Assembly: GCA_002633005.1 (NCBI GenBank)
Contig: NMRA01000290.1
Location: 312,748-376,747, forward strand
Length of the DNA stretch: 64,000 bases
Reading direction: 5' to 3'
Source: Phoronis australis
Taxonomy: Eukaryota > Animalia > Phoronida
Below, one piece after another: positions 1 through 13,542 of this stretch. The position numbers and the translations under genes were made by a program. Each line of letters begins with the position of its first letter. The first letter of the stretch is position 1. The notes beneath the pieces were generated by a model. It was not told the origin of the DNA and did not search any database. It saw nothing but the letters and a program-made list of their open reading frames with translations.

Positions 1-3000
1 AAAATGACAGACATAACACATTTGATGATCAGACTACACAGTGTCTTCTGTAATTTAGTAGAAAAAAATACAGGGTCTAAAAGAAAGGATAAAAAATGGC
101 TTAACATCAACATCTGGCATTTTGAAAAATGCTCCGGCATTGTCTCAAATATTTATACCCACTTCCGCTAAAAGAAATCTCAGTTCAAAATAAGACTAAT
201 GCCTAGCTCCATTTTAAGAACTATCAAGTTTCAAAAATGTAACAAAAAGAATAGGATTTCTGATGAGGACAGAGGTTTAACCCCCTGTAGTTCCACTATC
301 ACAATGCTAGACTTCTATACTGCTAATCAAGTAGAACAGGTCACTTACTCAATGAGTAGAAATTACGATATCTTTCCACTCACTTTGCATGGAAATTATT
401 GCCCAAATGGTCATTTTTCAAATAGTGGAAACTTTACCAAATGTTGTTTCATACCGACTACACATTACAAACCAAGTTAGTTGAGAAGAAATTTGGCAAA
501 AGAGAATTTCACTTGTCAGCCATATTGTGTGCTAAAAATGTGAAGTGTTTGATAACTGGGTGTGCCTTATTTAAACATTCAAAAGCAATGAAGATGAGCA
601 CACACATATTTTACAATAAAATCAAAAAAGAACACGAGTCATTTAAACTCTATCATTACATCATCACTGAAGTTTTAAGCAGTATACCAAATTCAAAATG
701 TAATAAACCATTTTAAAATCCAACAAAATAACTGATTAAACAGCACTACACACTCACAAAAACTAGAAACTTTTCTTCTAGTAAGTTATGCTGTTTTTTT
801 TTCAACAAAATCTTAGTTATTTTATACACAATTTTTATCAGAGGCAATCTTTCATTGCATGAACACAAAACAATCTTGGTAAATTAAAAAAGTTATAAAC
901 TAAATGTTGAAAGGACGTTTTCAAACTTGTGGTGAAATTTCACCAATATCGAATAAAAATAATTGCACTTTTTATTTCTCAAGGTTTCATACAATACACA
1001 TTAGTGATGATAATATGAAAAAAGTAAAGCATTAATTGTTGTTACTTAACTTTTCTAAAAATTTATGAATACTATTTCATTTGTCTCGCGTGCCTTATTG
1101 CAAAGATCAATCAAAGACACAACATCATTGTCTCCATCTAGTGTTATGGAAAGTATCAAGCCAACATACCAGTATATCAATGCAAAACAGAAAGTGATAA
1201 CCAGTTCTTCTAAAACCTTGTCATGTCTGACCTTGACAAAAAAAATTTCAGAACACTTTCATATTGATACCAAGTGTAATTAAAATAGATCAAGTGTTAT
1301 GTGGATTTAACGATCTAATAAACAAACAGTTTAAACTAATCAATTTCTGGGGAAAAGTTGCCGATCTGATCAAGACTCATTCTTAACCACTGAACACAGT
1401 GTTCTCCACGTCCACTTTTAACGTGTCGCAGCGTCCTGTTTGGCCGAGCGCGAGTCCTGTTTAAATGTCCCGCGTCCTGTTTAAAAATCCACAGCCTGTT
1501 TAAAAATCCCGCGACCAGTTTAAAAATATAGGGACTACTTTTTAAAAAAGGCGTCGTCGTCGTTAATAAGTTCTTCACTGGTTCAAATTACGCTTGACAG
1601 CAACTGGCCATAGCCCATTGAAACTGAATAAAGGCTAAGCCTAAGGAAGTGGGTGGTCTCTTGTGGACAGCCTAATCACCGGACTCACTCAAGCGGCAGA
1701 CCGGGGCCCACCAGTCTATTTATGATGTAACGCGGGTGTAAATAATCTCTCAATTATCTTTTCAATTCATCCTGAACAACTAGTTAATTTAAACAAAGGC
1801 CCAGTGCTACCTATACGCCTAATCCACTACCTGCTCACTGGAGGTGCAGTCCGGTACGAAAGTCGCTGATCGTTGCGTTAGGCCTTTTCGCTTTTGCAGT
1901 CACCTTTTTGTGTTCGGCGGAGAACTAATCATGTTACCCGTTGAAAATAAAATAATTAAGGCTCGGTGGTTAGTTCCGCAAAGTATATGTTGTCAGCAAA
2001 GACACCGTTGCGCAGCAGTTTATGCAACGGCCGTCTTCTGGGAGGCCAGAATTTTGGTTTTTGTAGCACATTTTTCAATATTCCGTGGTCCCCACAACAG
2101 ACTTTACCGATACCAGTCTCAAAAACATTTGCATGAAACTGCCTTTGATGGTTCTCAATGGTTGTTGTTTGTTATATTTCTCACATGCTAACGACGATGC
2201 CCAAAAGAATGAGCACATTACTTACAGATAATAATGAAATAACATGATGTTCTTCATGTAAATACATATTGGTACATGTATTTCAGGTCATCAATGAAAG
2301 TAGATTAAATTGAAGTCCCTTTATTTTCAACAATAACCATCGTTAAGCAAATCAGTGAGCAGCAGTCTGAACACGAAAACAATATTTTCAATTCAAAAAT
2401 CACGAAAAAACCCAAAAGCTTACGTAATGCAGGTATTGAGTGAATGATCTCACATTTTACATTGTGCAGCCCTTGACTTACTAACTGCACTGTCCGACCA
2501 GCCTTAATTTGGTAGTTGCCAATTAATGCTTTTTAAAGCCATTGCAAATTTAATCAAGGAAATTCTGCCCAGAAATGCCCAATTTAGTAAATACTTGGAC
2601 ATAGTTTTATGTTAGACTCAACAGCAGTGTTTTCCTGCCAAGACAACATCTACGGAAGTCAACCCAACTACCCCAGTCATTCGGGAACCTGTCAGACACA
2701 GCATATGAAAGTATTAATGCCTCTGAACTCCGCTGTCTTTCACTTGAGTCTCACCCAAATCAATAGCTATCTAAAAATACCAAGACAGAAAATCTGAACA
2801 AAGTTCAGGCCAATTTGCATCAAAATGAGTCTGTAATCCTTCGAGCAAACTTTTCCACCGGACAATCAGTAGTAATCTGGAAGCGCTCTAGGGAGCAAAA
2901 TCAAGTGAAAAGCTTTGATGTGAGGTCGACCAAGAACAGTAGCAACAATGACCCAGACACCCATGGTTCCAATGTCATAAGTCAATAAAATGATATACAT

Positions 3001-3099
3001 CAAATCTGAAAATGCCAAAACTTAAGAATGGCAAACTGAAGCAAAACACCAATCACAAACTGCAGATAGGTCTTGAGGATATATATCTACAAACTGAAT

Positions 3100-3600
3100 T
3101 TCAGAAGAGCTACATGCATAAGCGATTATCCCAAAAAGGCTATCACAGCGCCATCTTGTGTCCAATTTCATCCAGAAAACTAAAGACCATGAGCTTTTTA
3201 CAAGATATGCAATGGAGCGTACATTTCACGGTGATCCCACAAAAATTGCGATCTGTAACGCGAGTGCTATGCACCAGTTAAAGCGCAGTGAGCAATTTTT
3301 TAATAAGAGAACAGACCAATAAATCTCGAATAACTTGTAAAGGGCAAGAAGGAGAAAGAAACAGGTTTAACTTAACTGATAACACTTGAGAAGATCTATC
3401 CACATACCAACTTTCAGAAAGGTCTGTCAAGGGATACTGAAGATAGGCATGAAAACAACTAATTAAGAGCAAGCACTGCAAAATCTTAAATACTTCGAAA
3501 ACAGTAAGTAGCAGAAAAAACGGATGACATACTTTCGATGAATTAATCTATCCATGTAAAAAATCCCCCTAGAGAGGGAGAGCTATGGTTCGGCAAACAA
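3100..3600. repeat. Diverged interspersed repeat; inverted relative at ~7420-7960
   Basis: Shared blocks on opposite strands, e.g. AAGATGGC(GC/AC)(T/A)GTGAT, AGATCGCA.TTTT and TGGATAGAT; boundaries approximate. Confidence 0.55.
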
Positions 3601-6600
3601 ACATTATTTCTATAAGTTGTGGACAATCACAAATCACAACAATGTCAGGTTTTGAAAAATGAAAAAAGACTAATTTTGAGAATTTTGAGAATTATTTTTG
3701 TTTGAAATTGGTGAGATTTACTGCAAGGGATGTCAGTAACAGCCTAGACTAAACTACACAAAAAACAAAATTTGCACTCCTTTGCAATCACCCTTGCCCT
3801 AGAAAATGTAGTGAGTTCTAGTGCTGAGTAGTTGGACACCACAAGTACCTGTCAAACTTTGGATGGCGTCCATATAAAATTGATCAACAGAGAAACGAGA
3901 GCGCTCGGAGGAGCGACACTTGGCGAAATTACGCGAAAACAGGACGATGGGGAGGACGACGACGACGATCATGACGACTAGCGAGAAACGAAAAATATCT
4001 TATGAAAGCCCGTTCCAAACTCTATCTAAATTGATAGTTTCGCAACATTGCATAATTTTTTCGAAAATATTAAAATTTTGCGTTTTTTGAAATTCAAAGT
4101 CAAATAACTCGAAAACGGTAAGTCTGAGAAAAACGTTAACGCAGAACTTTTGAAAGAACATATTTCAAGGAATCCATATCCAAAAATTCACGTCATTTGC
4201 TCTTCCCGTTCAAAATGCAACTGCAGAACGATGGAGAATGGGTGAAAATGCGCCAGGCCACTTGCTAACTGAACAATGCAGTTGACAGACTGAGAATAGA
4301 AACACATGTCCTCACCACACTTGAGTCCATCAATGGTACCAACTCAAGGCAGATTTATTTAAAACATGATGTTTGACCTAGCCAGGGCAGTAGACATCAC
4401 TATGTGACTTTGTTAGAGGATGACAACTCAAGCATGTGAGAGATAATAGGTTATACTGATGTTACTTGCCAGCAGCCCTTCTTGCTAACAAAACTGATTT
4501 GGCAGTAACTAACCCTTTTACAAACAAAACTCATTTGAAAGTAGTCCTTCTTGTCAACAAAACTTTTCTACAGGTCAAAATATAAAATGCCAAATGAAAC
4601 TGCCAAACTTTACAAGATATCATGGAATTTAGAAAACAAAACCTGACATCAAATTTTTTTCAAGTATTTCAGTGCTTATTTTAATTTAAACCCACGCTGC
4701 TCTCCTGTTACCGCATCTTGAATTTAACTCCTCACTTTTGCAGAGGTAGAGAAATGCATCGAACGATTGACCTAGTTTTCAAACAGTAGGGCCGCCAGCA
4801 CACTTCTGAATGGACATGAATTAAGAAGAACAGCTTACTGTACCTCACAATTTTTGATGTCCTTGCAACTCACCATGTAACAGAAATACTTACAATGACA
4901 AATGGAAAACTTATTTTAAAGCAGAACAGTAACTAACATGGTGGCAGCTGGCAACCTACAACTACAGTACCAATTGAACTCTGGACGTGATGCATTGTAG
5001 GCGAATACTGTAGAATTGGAGGGGGCAACGTGGTACGCCGCGAAGTGACTATTATCTTTGTGTTCCGTAAGTACAAGTGTTGTCTACGACACTCCAAGAA
5101 TTGTGCTCACATACAGTTTCCACAGCTAAGCCTACTAGATAAAGCACAGTCCTGATTTACTGTATATTGTGATCACCAAGGAAACAACAATCATTGATTG
5201 CTGTTACAAGCAATCACAGCCCATGCCTGGAAATACAACTCTCACCGATTGCATGGGCTTGATTCACGTCTCTGGGATAAGAGTGAATCATCAGCGACAG
5301 AAGTCATGGCAACTACACAACACATTTATGTTTGGCAAAAAACATCATAATTGGTTCTGGTCTAGCTTGACCTGCGCCTCACTGCATAAAAAAGGATAAT
5401 GACCATTTCAGCAGCCGCAGTGTTCTCCACAACCTGTTTCGACTTGCCACTGCGCATTGTCGTGATGAGTTGGGCTTACTCACGTCGAGTTTAAAAGCCT
5501 ATTCAATGAGTTTGCAGTATTGGTTTGTCAGTCATTTCTTAGCCAAATTTGGACATTTTGGATTTTTGGTGCCAGGTCAATGGATTTATTCCAAGACTTA
5601 ACACACAAACTCCGCACAGTATGGACACAGACTTTCGAACACATGCATGAATTTTGTAATTCCTATCAAGTTTGAATTTTCTGTTGTGGAGAACACTGGC
5701 AGGCACCAGAAAGTGTAGGGGAAGAACCAGCACAGCTGGAATAAGAATGATTTTAGCATCAAATAACTTTTTCTTTAGAAAATATCAACAACTAAACAAA
5801 AACGGACCACTGCATCAACTTTCAAAAAGCACAGACCAGAACCAGTTATCTTTTTGCTTTGGTCAAGGTACAAACTTCATATACTTTCAAAGAGGACTTT
5901 CTAGCAAACACTGCAGCTTCAAAAGCAGGTCAGCAACAACAGTAGGCTTTCACCAAGACAAAACAGCCTGGTGAAGCATAACAAACAGCCTATTTGGAAT
6001 TCATGATTGACATTAGGTGATATTAAGGAACTGTGAACAAACAAGGAGGGGCAGTTTCTTGCTGTCAATAGTGAAGTCTTACATGAGAACTCTTATATAA
6101 GTAAGTCAATGCCTACAACCCCATTTTCAAATTCCCAATTTTAGGGTTGGCCAATAGAAGGTTATCTCAAGTTCCTGATGGTTTGGATGTTGTTGGGGGT
6201 AACAAAAATGAAATCCTATCACACTAAGGACAGTCATGAGACTAATTTTATGAGAGTAAAAGTCATAATTTGATTTTCATATTTTAGCTAGCTATACAAG
6301 GCAAAATTCAGCTTTAAATGACGGATGACACAAAGTCAACAGCAACTTTTGAGAGTCATATTCAATCCCAGAGTCTAACTCTGCAAAATTTGCCGTTACT
6401 TTTACTACTACTGCATGTTCAAGGACAAAAAGGAAAGAATTGGCCTTTATACAAAGAGCCTTCAAGACATTACGAACGCAAAGGATTGTGGGATAACTAT
6501 CATATCTGGAGCAGCACTGTTAGCTAACGTAGGTATAGGATAAGCAGCAACAGCTTCATTTTAGTAGCATTTTAGGCAGCCATCTAAGAGTAAACAGGTA

Positions 6601-9384
6601 GCATTTATCCGATAGCAACTGCCAGCTTATCGAGCAGACGATCAACTTCACGACAATTGTTTGAATCTCGATTGCTGGACTCAAAGTCTATGAAACTGTT
6701 GCCCTTAGGAGGTACATGCACTCCATGAAATGCCAATGAACCTCAACAAATCATAACGCCTACAGTTTCGCCAACTATACAAAGAAGTGAATGTGCCGAT
6801 TAGTCTCAAATCAAAATTCATCATTGTGTACGGTCTTTAAAGCTGATTGTTGACAAGGCAGATTTATACTTTTCATTGAACACAACTGACGGTAATGTCT
6901 GGTATTTCTTCAAAAATTCCAAAACACTACAATATCACTGGAATAACACCTTTTTCTTCAGTTTTATAAAACCAAAATGAATTGTACCACACACACACAC
7001 TTCTACTTGAAATATCTGAATATCACAAGTTCAATCAGACATATGATTTTTTTTATAAGAGCAAAAAGTGGCAAAATTAGGGATTTATCATTTCTCATGG
7101 TCACAGTGAAATTCACCAACATTACAAATGCCTGTACCAGAAGTCAAACATTTGCCAAGTGGTGTTAAAAACAAAAATACATTGAAACTTACAGAAAGTA
7201 ATGCTTTTTGACTTTTAAAAGAACAAGTCAACTCTTCACTTATTTTTTCCAAGCATGCTGCTTTGTCATTAAATTTGTTCGTTTTGTTTCTTTGTTTGCA
7301 AGCTACAGGTCGCAATTATATTTGGATCAACTTGAAATTTACACACAACATGTGTCCCTTGAATGGTTCGAAGCCTATTTTTCTTGGTTGAAATTGGATA
7401 CAAAATGGTGCTGAGGCGGCCATTTTTCCCTTTTTCCTTAGCGGAGCTATGGCTCCACTGTTTCTGAAATTTTTTTCTGTGGATAGATCAGTCCAAGAGC
7501 TATTGCAAGTGTCTCATTTATTTTTCTCTAGCTCTTATCCATCTCAAGTTATTCAAGATTTTCCGACAATTGGTCTCCAAATAACTGAGTTTTTGTGCTG
7601 TATCTTCGGCGATCTTAGACGGATCTGTCTGAAATTTGGTAAGTGGATAGATCTTTTCAATTGCTATCAACAGTGTGAAACCCATTTCCTGCTGAGACTT
7701 AAAATTCTCGCGATACTCGAGATTTACTGCTCAAGTGACTGCTCTTTTGTTGACTTTACGTATAGCTGCACTTTGTAAGCCTATCATAGTGATGCTAGAG
7801 ATCGCATTTTTCAACTGATCTACATGAAATTTATTACTGTTAACTTAGTCCGAGGATTTTTGTTGTTGGGCGAAATCGCACGTAAGATGGCACAGTGATG
7901 GCCATTTTTCGAGTTATGTTTGCGGAGCCCTAGCTCCGCAATTCTTTAACCAAACCTTTTCAAATTTGGTATGTATTTTAATACGTTGCTTTTGTCATCA
8001 CTGAATTTTAACGTAGAAAATTTTAAAGGATGACTGCAACATTACAAATAATGAAAAAACAACCAAGTGTTGTTTTCAGCAACTATACAACAGAAAGTAT
8101 GTATTAATGAAATAAAATTTTCATCATGCTTATTTTTTCGTGAACAATTTGATAAAATGAAATTCTACTTGTTAGCTTCATGGTAAGCTAAATAAATGCA
8201 GAATTTGGTAGTTCAGCTCTATAGCACAAAATAGGACAACCAAGTAAAATATTTTACTTTTCTTAACAAAAATAAAGATCAGAAAAATTTAGTGTGCAAT
8301 TAGCTTGGTTTGTACAGTGCTGGTAATAAAACAAAATTTGGTAATGTTTAAATTAACTTGCAAGGTAATTAGCTTTTGAAAGTAAGAAAAACAACAAAAT
8401 TGATACAAAGTAAGTGGGAATTCACAACAAGCGCAATTATTAGCAATTATGAGTCGTTCTGTTGAAGCAAAAGACAAAAGGGAAAAGGAGAGGGTAAGGC
8501 TTTAAAACAGCAGTTTATTTACAAAGAGATGTGTCAGGGTTGCCTCTCTAATTGTGTTGACAGCAGTTAACTGTTTACCCTATAATTTAGGTCAAGCAGA
8601 ACAAGCTGAGTGTTTGACCTCCCAAATTTGAGAATTTCAAGGTCACAAACAACTGGAGCTCAGACTTTTACCTGGACAATTTTACACTGTCAAAAAATAG
8701 GCACAGTGGAATTCAGTTATGGGGGAAAAGGTGATTTTCTGAAGAAGGATCCTGGCCTTCTCCGTCACTGACAAATGCTCTAATGGCTGACCTTAATTTC
8801 ACTCCATAAACATCATAGGGATTAAAGCGATAAATGTCTGACAGACAACGGCAATAAATAGCGATTGTGGTAAACTCAAAGAAAACAATGAATTTTTGCT
8901 TTTATAGCTCTGGTCAACGCTAATAACTTCAAAAAGACTATCCAACAATAATCCCCACAGTGCGTTTTTATGCGAAAAAAATGATATTGTCCGTTTAAAT
9001 TCTAGCAGTAGTTGGAAGATATTTGGATAAATACATACGTGCTGATATGGTTACACAAAACTCTAATTAATCAATCTCAAGTCAATAATAACAAATCTTG
9101 TGAGCCGAGTTTACACAAACTGTACATCATGTCTACAAATTACTGGTCGTCTTTCATATGTTGCTTGTGTCTTGGGCATTCAGTCACATTAAACACAAAC
9201 AAGCATAGAGTCATAGAGTATAACGAACAAACGTGGTGATGATAATCACGTGTCCCTGGCCAATCATGTTATCAAGGATTTCGTGAATACAATCAAATAC
9301 CGGTAGATGCTGCAGTTACCGACGCATAAGAATATAAAATAGTGAAAATAAAACGACCAGCGTCGCTACTAAAATATATTAAAA

Positions 9385-9426
9385 TATTCCCCACGTTTCG
9401 AGCAATGAGCTCTTTGTCAAGGGTAT
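9385..9426 (-). ncRNA. Degenerate minimal type-I hammerhead ribozyme motif, Penelope-like element remnant
   Basis: Minus strand: CCC-UUGACAA-A-GAGC(UCAUU)GCUC-GAAAC-GUG-GGG. Confidence 0.45.
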
Positions 9427-11151
9427 GATAGAGACTGCTGAATAGATGGATATACCCTGGTAAATAAAATTGCACAGGTGACCGCATAGACAGCATGAAA
9501 AACAGGATATCGTGGCAACACTCATAATACCCACTTGCTGCGTACAGTTTGCCCTACTTCAACAATTCTACAGTTTCCGTCCCACCTGATACATGCAAAA
9601 ATACAGCGGATTTCCCTTACATTTAACTATATCGAGTATAATCTTCAACATAACTGAGCCTCCTAGGGAAACAAAATGTCGGAGAATCAATGTTAGATGA
9701 AACTAACTCACTGAGTGATTACATGGTATTAATGCATGCCACAGATGGAAAATGTTACAGTATCACTTAGACTGTACCACCCATTTAGCAGCTACATATT
9801 CTGTGGTTCTTTTTAGTACTATAAATATGGTTCATAAATCTGCGACACAACAGTTGAGAGACTTAACACCTTTAATAATAGTAATAGTCACAGGGGTCCC
9901 CCATTTTGAGAACAATTTCCTCCGCGGAATATCGGGCATAAAACTGGTTCTCAAAATCCAGGATTTCTAACTATTGCTACTTTTCTTTAGGAAATTTTAG
10001 AACCTAATCTTAATGTACCCTCATCATTACCAAATTCCGCGACTTAAAATTCCAGTGACATCAATTATAGAAGCTATGATATAAATGTTGGTAGTTATAA
10101 CTTTGGTAAATTCTGATTATATTTTGTACCCAGACAAGACACCAAGTGGGTTTAGAAGGAATTATCTGAGGGGTGTGTTAATGCAAACAACAGCTGAAGA
10201 GATGTAGGAATCTATAAATCTTACAGTAAATGCTGATGATGAACTACAACCTAAAACAAATAAGGACTACAATTTTCTCCAGTTCGGGTTCTACTCTCTA
10301 TTAAATGATGTCAAGATCCCAGGGTGCAACAGAGTTCATACAATACAATGCCACAGAGAAATTTATTGTTTATTAAGAAAACTGAATAAACAGTAAAATC
10401 TCACCAATGCAAAACGCAACATAGAGGGCATGAGGTTCTTTGTGCTTAGAGCTTAAATAAAAAGTGGCACAAAATAAATGTTCTACATTTTCAAGTTATG
10501 TACTAGATAACATTGCATCAAGTTTTGAAACTTGGTGCTCACGACAATGTCAGAAGACTTTGACCAACAAATAACGGGGAACTTAAGCAGTTATTATTGT
10601 AAGAAGTTGATTGTTTAAAAAGCCTTGAGTTGTACTGCTGTATAATTCAGAGAAAGACAAAAGTCTGAAATAATCACTGAACAATGTACTGATTAAAAAA
10701 AAAGACACATCAATCATGATTGTAGGACTAATAGACTTGTTTCTGTAAACCAACACAAAATAGTATTATGACATGAATAGACAACAGGCACTAGGGAAAT
10801 CTCTGTGGCAGATAAGGTCAAAAGCTTGGTGTTGGAAATACCACAGAACTTCACAACCCCAAAACAATGCATGGGGAAACAGTCAACAGAGCACAACTGA
10901 ATGGTTACACTTAATTAACTTTGGCGGTTTTTCTCAGTCTACCACCTAAAACATCTGATTGGTTATTGATGATAACTTCTGGCTTACAGACCAATCAGAT
11001 TTCTTAGTCAGTAAAGTCAAACAAGTGTAGTCAAGCTTCATAAGGAGTTATTTAAATTGTTTAACCCAGACCCCAAAACTAAGTAATTATGTAGAATTTT
11101 ATCTAATTCATGTAATAACTTTATATATCAGTAATTTAAGATAGAACTTAC

Positions 11152-11234
11152 CTATAGAAAAAGAAACAAATGCAACAGAAAACCGTGAGTACGTTGATAT
11201 GACATCCTCAGCTAACCTTGGCTCTCTGTAGATA
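11152..11234 (-). CDS. TLCD-like coding exon 2
   Basis: 83 nt, tttcag acceptor and gtaagt donor; phase 2 in and phase 1 out, fitting exon 1; IYREPRLAEDVISTYSRFSVAFVSFSIG. Confidence 0.8.
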
Positions 11235-13243
11235 CTGAAAGCATAACGAATCAAAAACATGACGAAGTTGTAATAAAATATAATGAATGCGGAAGGTGCG
11301 AAAGGTGTTGTTGGCAGACAATAGAGTGACCCTTCAGGGGCAAATATTAAGAAAATATCAAGAGGGTAGGCGTGAGACACAGCAACCAAGGAAAGGGATA
11401 AAAAGGTAACTTAATGTGTGGCTAGTTTATAAGCTACATTTCACAGACATTTCCAGAAAGGAATGACCAAATGAATGAGCATGGTACCAACTATGGTTGG
11501 TTAAGACAGAGTAAGTTAAACTAAAAACGAGCAAACCAGCAATATAGTAAAACGTCACCCAATCAATATTTCCTAAGACAGTGTTTAAAATAAGGTGGAA
11601 AAACCACCTTGGTAACCTGACCTAAGCTGGCAGAGATTTGCTGTTAGCAGTGTTGTGTGGTTCATTTATAAGTCAACAGTCAAGACCATAGAAAAATGTA
11701 AATATTTGACTGAAACTCCATATCACGAAAATTGGTGCTATGTTTCGAAAGAAATTTTCATCTACTATGGTTTTTGAGAGTTGAACTAAGTCAGAAGTCA
11801 GACAATAAGAATTCACCAGTAATTCAATATAAAATTTGATGTGACTTCTGAACTTTGACAAGACCAAAGTGAAGCATTAAAATACGCCAACAACTACACC
11901 ACAAACAGTACTAGTGTAAGGAAAATGGCCACTAGATGGCGCAGAACATGTCGAATCAGTCCGGAAATGGGATGGTGTTGCCGTCTCTCTAATAGACAAC
12001 TATTTGCCAGCATTTCTGAGAATTCATCTTGAACAAGAAATGGGTCATGTTATGAATATCAGTGTTTAGCCTTTCTGGACTAAAATTTACTAAAAAGACA
12101 TGGTCACATGACCAAGTTAATGGCAGATTGGGAAAAGGTCAAATATTAAATATTAAATTATACAGCTTTCTACAAACAGTAAATAACGCTTTTACTACAT
12201 TAAAATCTACAGTGTTGCGTAGATAATTGGCTAACCTTGCTAGTATCAGAGCTATCTTTTTATCTTTTTTGTAAATGAAGAACACTGGACTGAGATAAAT
12301 CCAAACGTTACCTGGAACTTAAAGACCATTAGATTGAAAAAACACCATGCATTATATGATGGTAATAGTCTGATAGCTGGGTCTCCGAGGTTAAAGAGAA
12401 CCAGTTACTTCCACTGAATAACTGGGAGCAAATGGTTCTCAAATCACTTTAAATCACTGGGACCCACCAATCAGACCATACAAAAATGATAAGCAGTTAT
12501 TGATCAGTTCCGCGCGCTCAGGTGAGATGCTAGATAAGGCTGAACCTCAAAGGTCAAAGTTAAAAGTTTCAGGTTCTATTTTGGCACAACGGTCAGAGAG
12601 CTCATATTGGTTATGTAATAAAAGTGAGATGTCTACCTCAAAATATATAACATGTGGCAACTAAAACATTTTTTTTCAGTTTGTCTTTGATTCTGCATAG
12701 TCAAAAATATAAAATTAGATCATTAACAATGCATTAGTTATCAAAGAAAACTGAGTGTGAAATCACTTGATCTGGTGCTTTAACTGTTCATTTGGGCTTA
12801 CGTAACCAATGGCAATGTAATGAAAGCACCTCTGTAGTGGGCAACTCCAGTGAACAGGGCCAGGAGTAGGCCTACTAGTACTAGTAGTAAATCACTGCAC
12901 GATTTCTCAGCCTGAGTTTCCCCATTGAGTCTACGAATGTCAGGGCGTTAAAATATCTCACAAATTAGTTACAAAATTAACGATGCAAAAGACCACTTGC
13001 AACTACAACAGGCTACATAAGCCCACCTATCTCTCTAACTCACCATAGTAGTGACCATGCGCCAGCAATAACAGAGTGCACAAACGATAGCAGAATATTT
13101 CTGTATCTCCAATGATGAGATTTGTGGACCGAATTTGGGATAAGGCCGTAAAATACCACGCAGTCCAATGCTCCAAAGAGAACAATAGACGAGCATATAA
13201 CTGAGGGCCCGAAGAACCCGCTAATTTTTACGTCAGAGTCCAT
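11152..13243 (-). CDS. TLC domain-containing protein (TLCD1/TLCD2-like), 5' part: exons 13243-13044 and 11234-11152; later exons not found in window
   Basis: ATG at 13243 gives MDSDVKISGFFGPSVICSSIVLFGALD...HHWRYRNILLSFVHSVIAGAWSLL, donor TG|gtgagt at 13044 (phase 2). Acceptor tttcag then (C)IYREPRLAEDVISTYSRFSVAFVSFSI(G), donor G|gtaagt. The WRxxNxLxSFxHSxxxGxWxLLC...SxG pattern matches TLCD1/2 as I recall it. Confidence 0.85.
13044..13243 (-). CDS. TLCD-like coding exon 1
   Basis: 200 nt from ATG to GTGAGT donor; hydrophobic segments and the WRYRNILLSFVHS motif. Confidence 0.85.
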
Positions 13244-13481
13244 AACTAGTACATCACCAGTTACCACCTAGCACCGCACGTTTGAGTTTGTGAACTTATA
13301 CAATAGGTCAAATATGTGGGATTCGTCGAAGTTAACCTTTAACATCGGCTATGTTCGCTCTCTTCCGAGAAATCAGGACTTCCGTTTTATAGTTTTGCTT
13401 GCCAAGTGCGATCTGGAATACACCATAGTATTCTGCAGTAGACTTCTATGAAATACACCACATCATTTGCTTTGATTTATA
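13244..13481. promoter_or_regulatory. Putative bidirectional promoter and 5' UTRs shared by the TLCD-like gene and INO80B
   Basis: Only 238 bp separate the two divergent start codons. ETS-like CTTCCG cores near 13363 and 13379. Confidence 0.6.
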
Positions 13482-13542
13482 ATGGGTAAGAGAAAGTCAC
13501 TTCCTGACACGGAACTAGAAGAAGACGTTGACGTGGAAACAG
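13482..13542 (+). CDS. INO80B: INO80B exon 1
   Basis: MGKRKSLPDTELEEDVDVET, donor AG|gtaatt. Confidence 0.85.

Noticed and set aside
1844-2191. 115-aa ORF
   Set aside because: GTG start, no recognisable motif or splice context; lies in a repeat-like block.
1-10400. TLCD exon 3 onward (expected GYF..D...HH)
   Set aside because: No phase-compatible exon with that motif found by eye; it may lie left of the window or I may have missed it.
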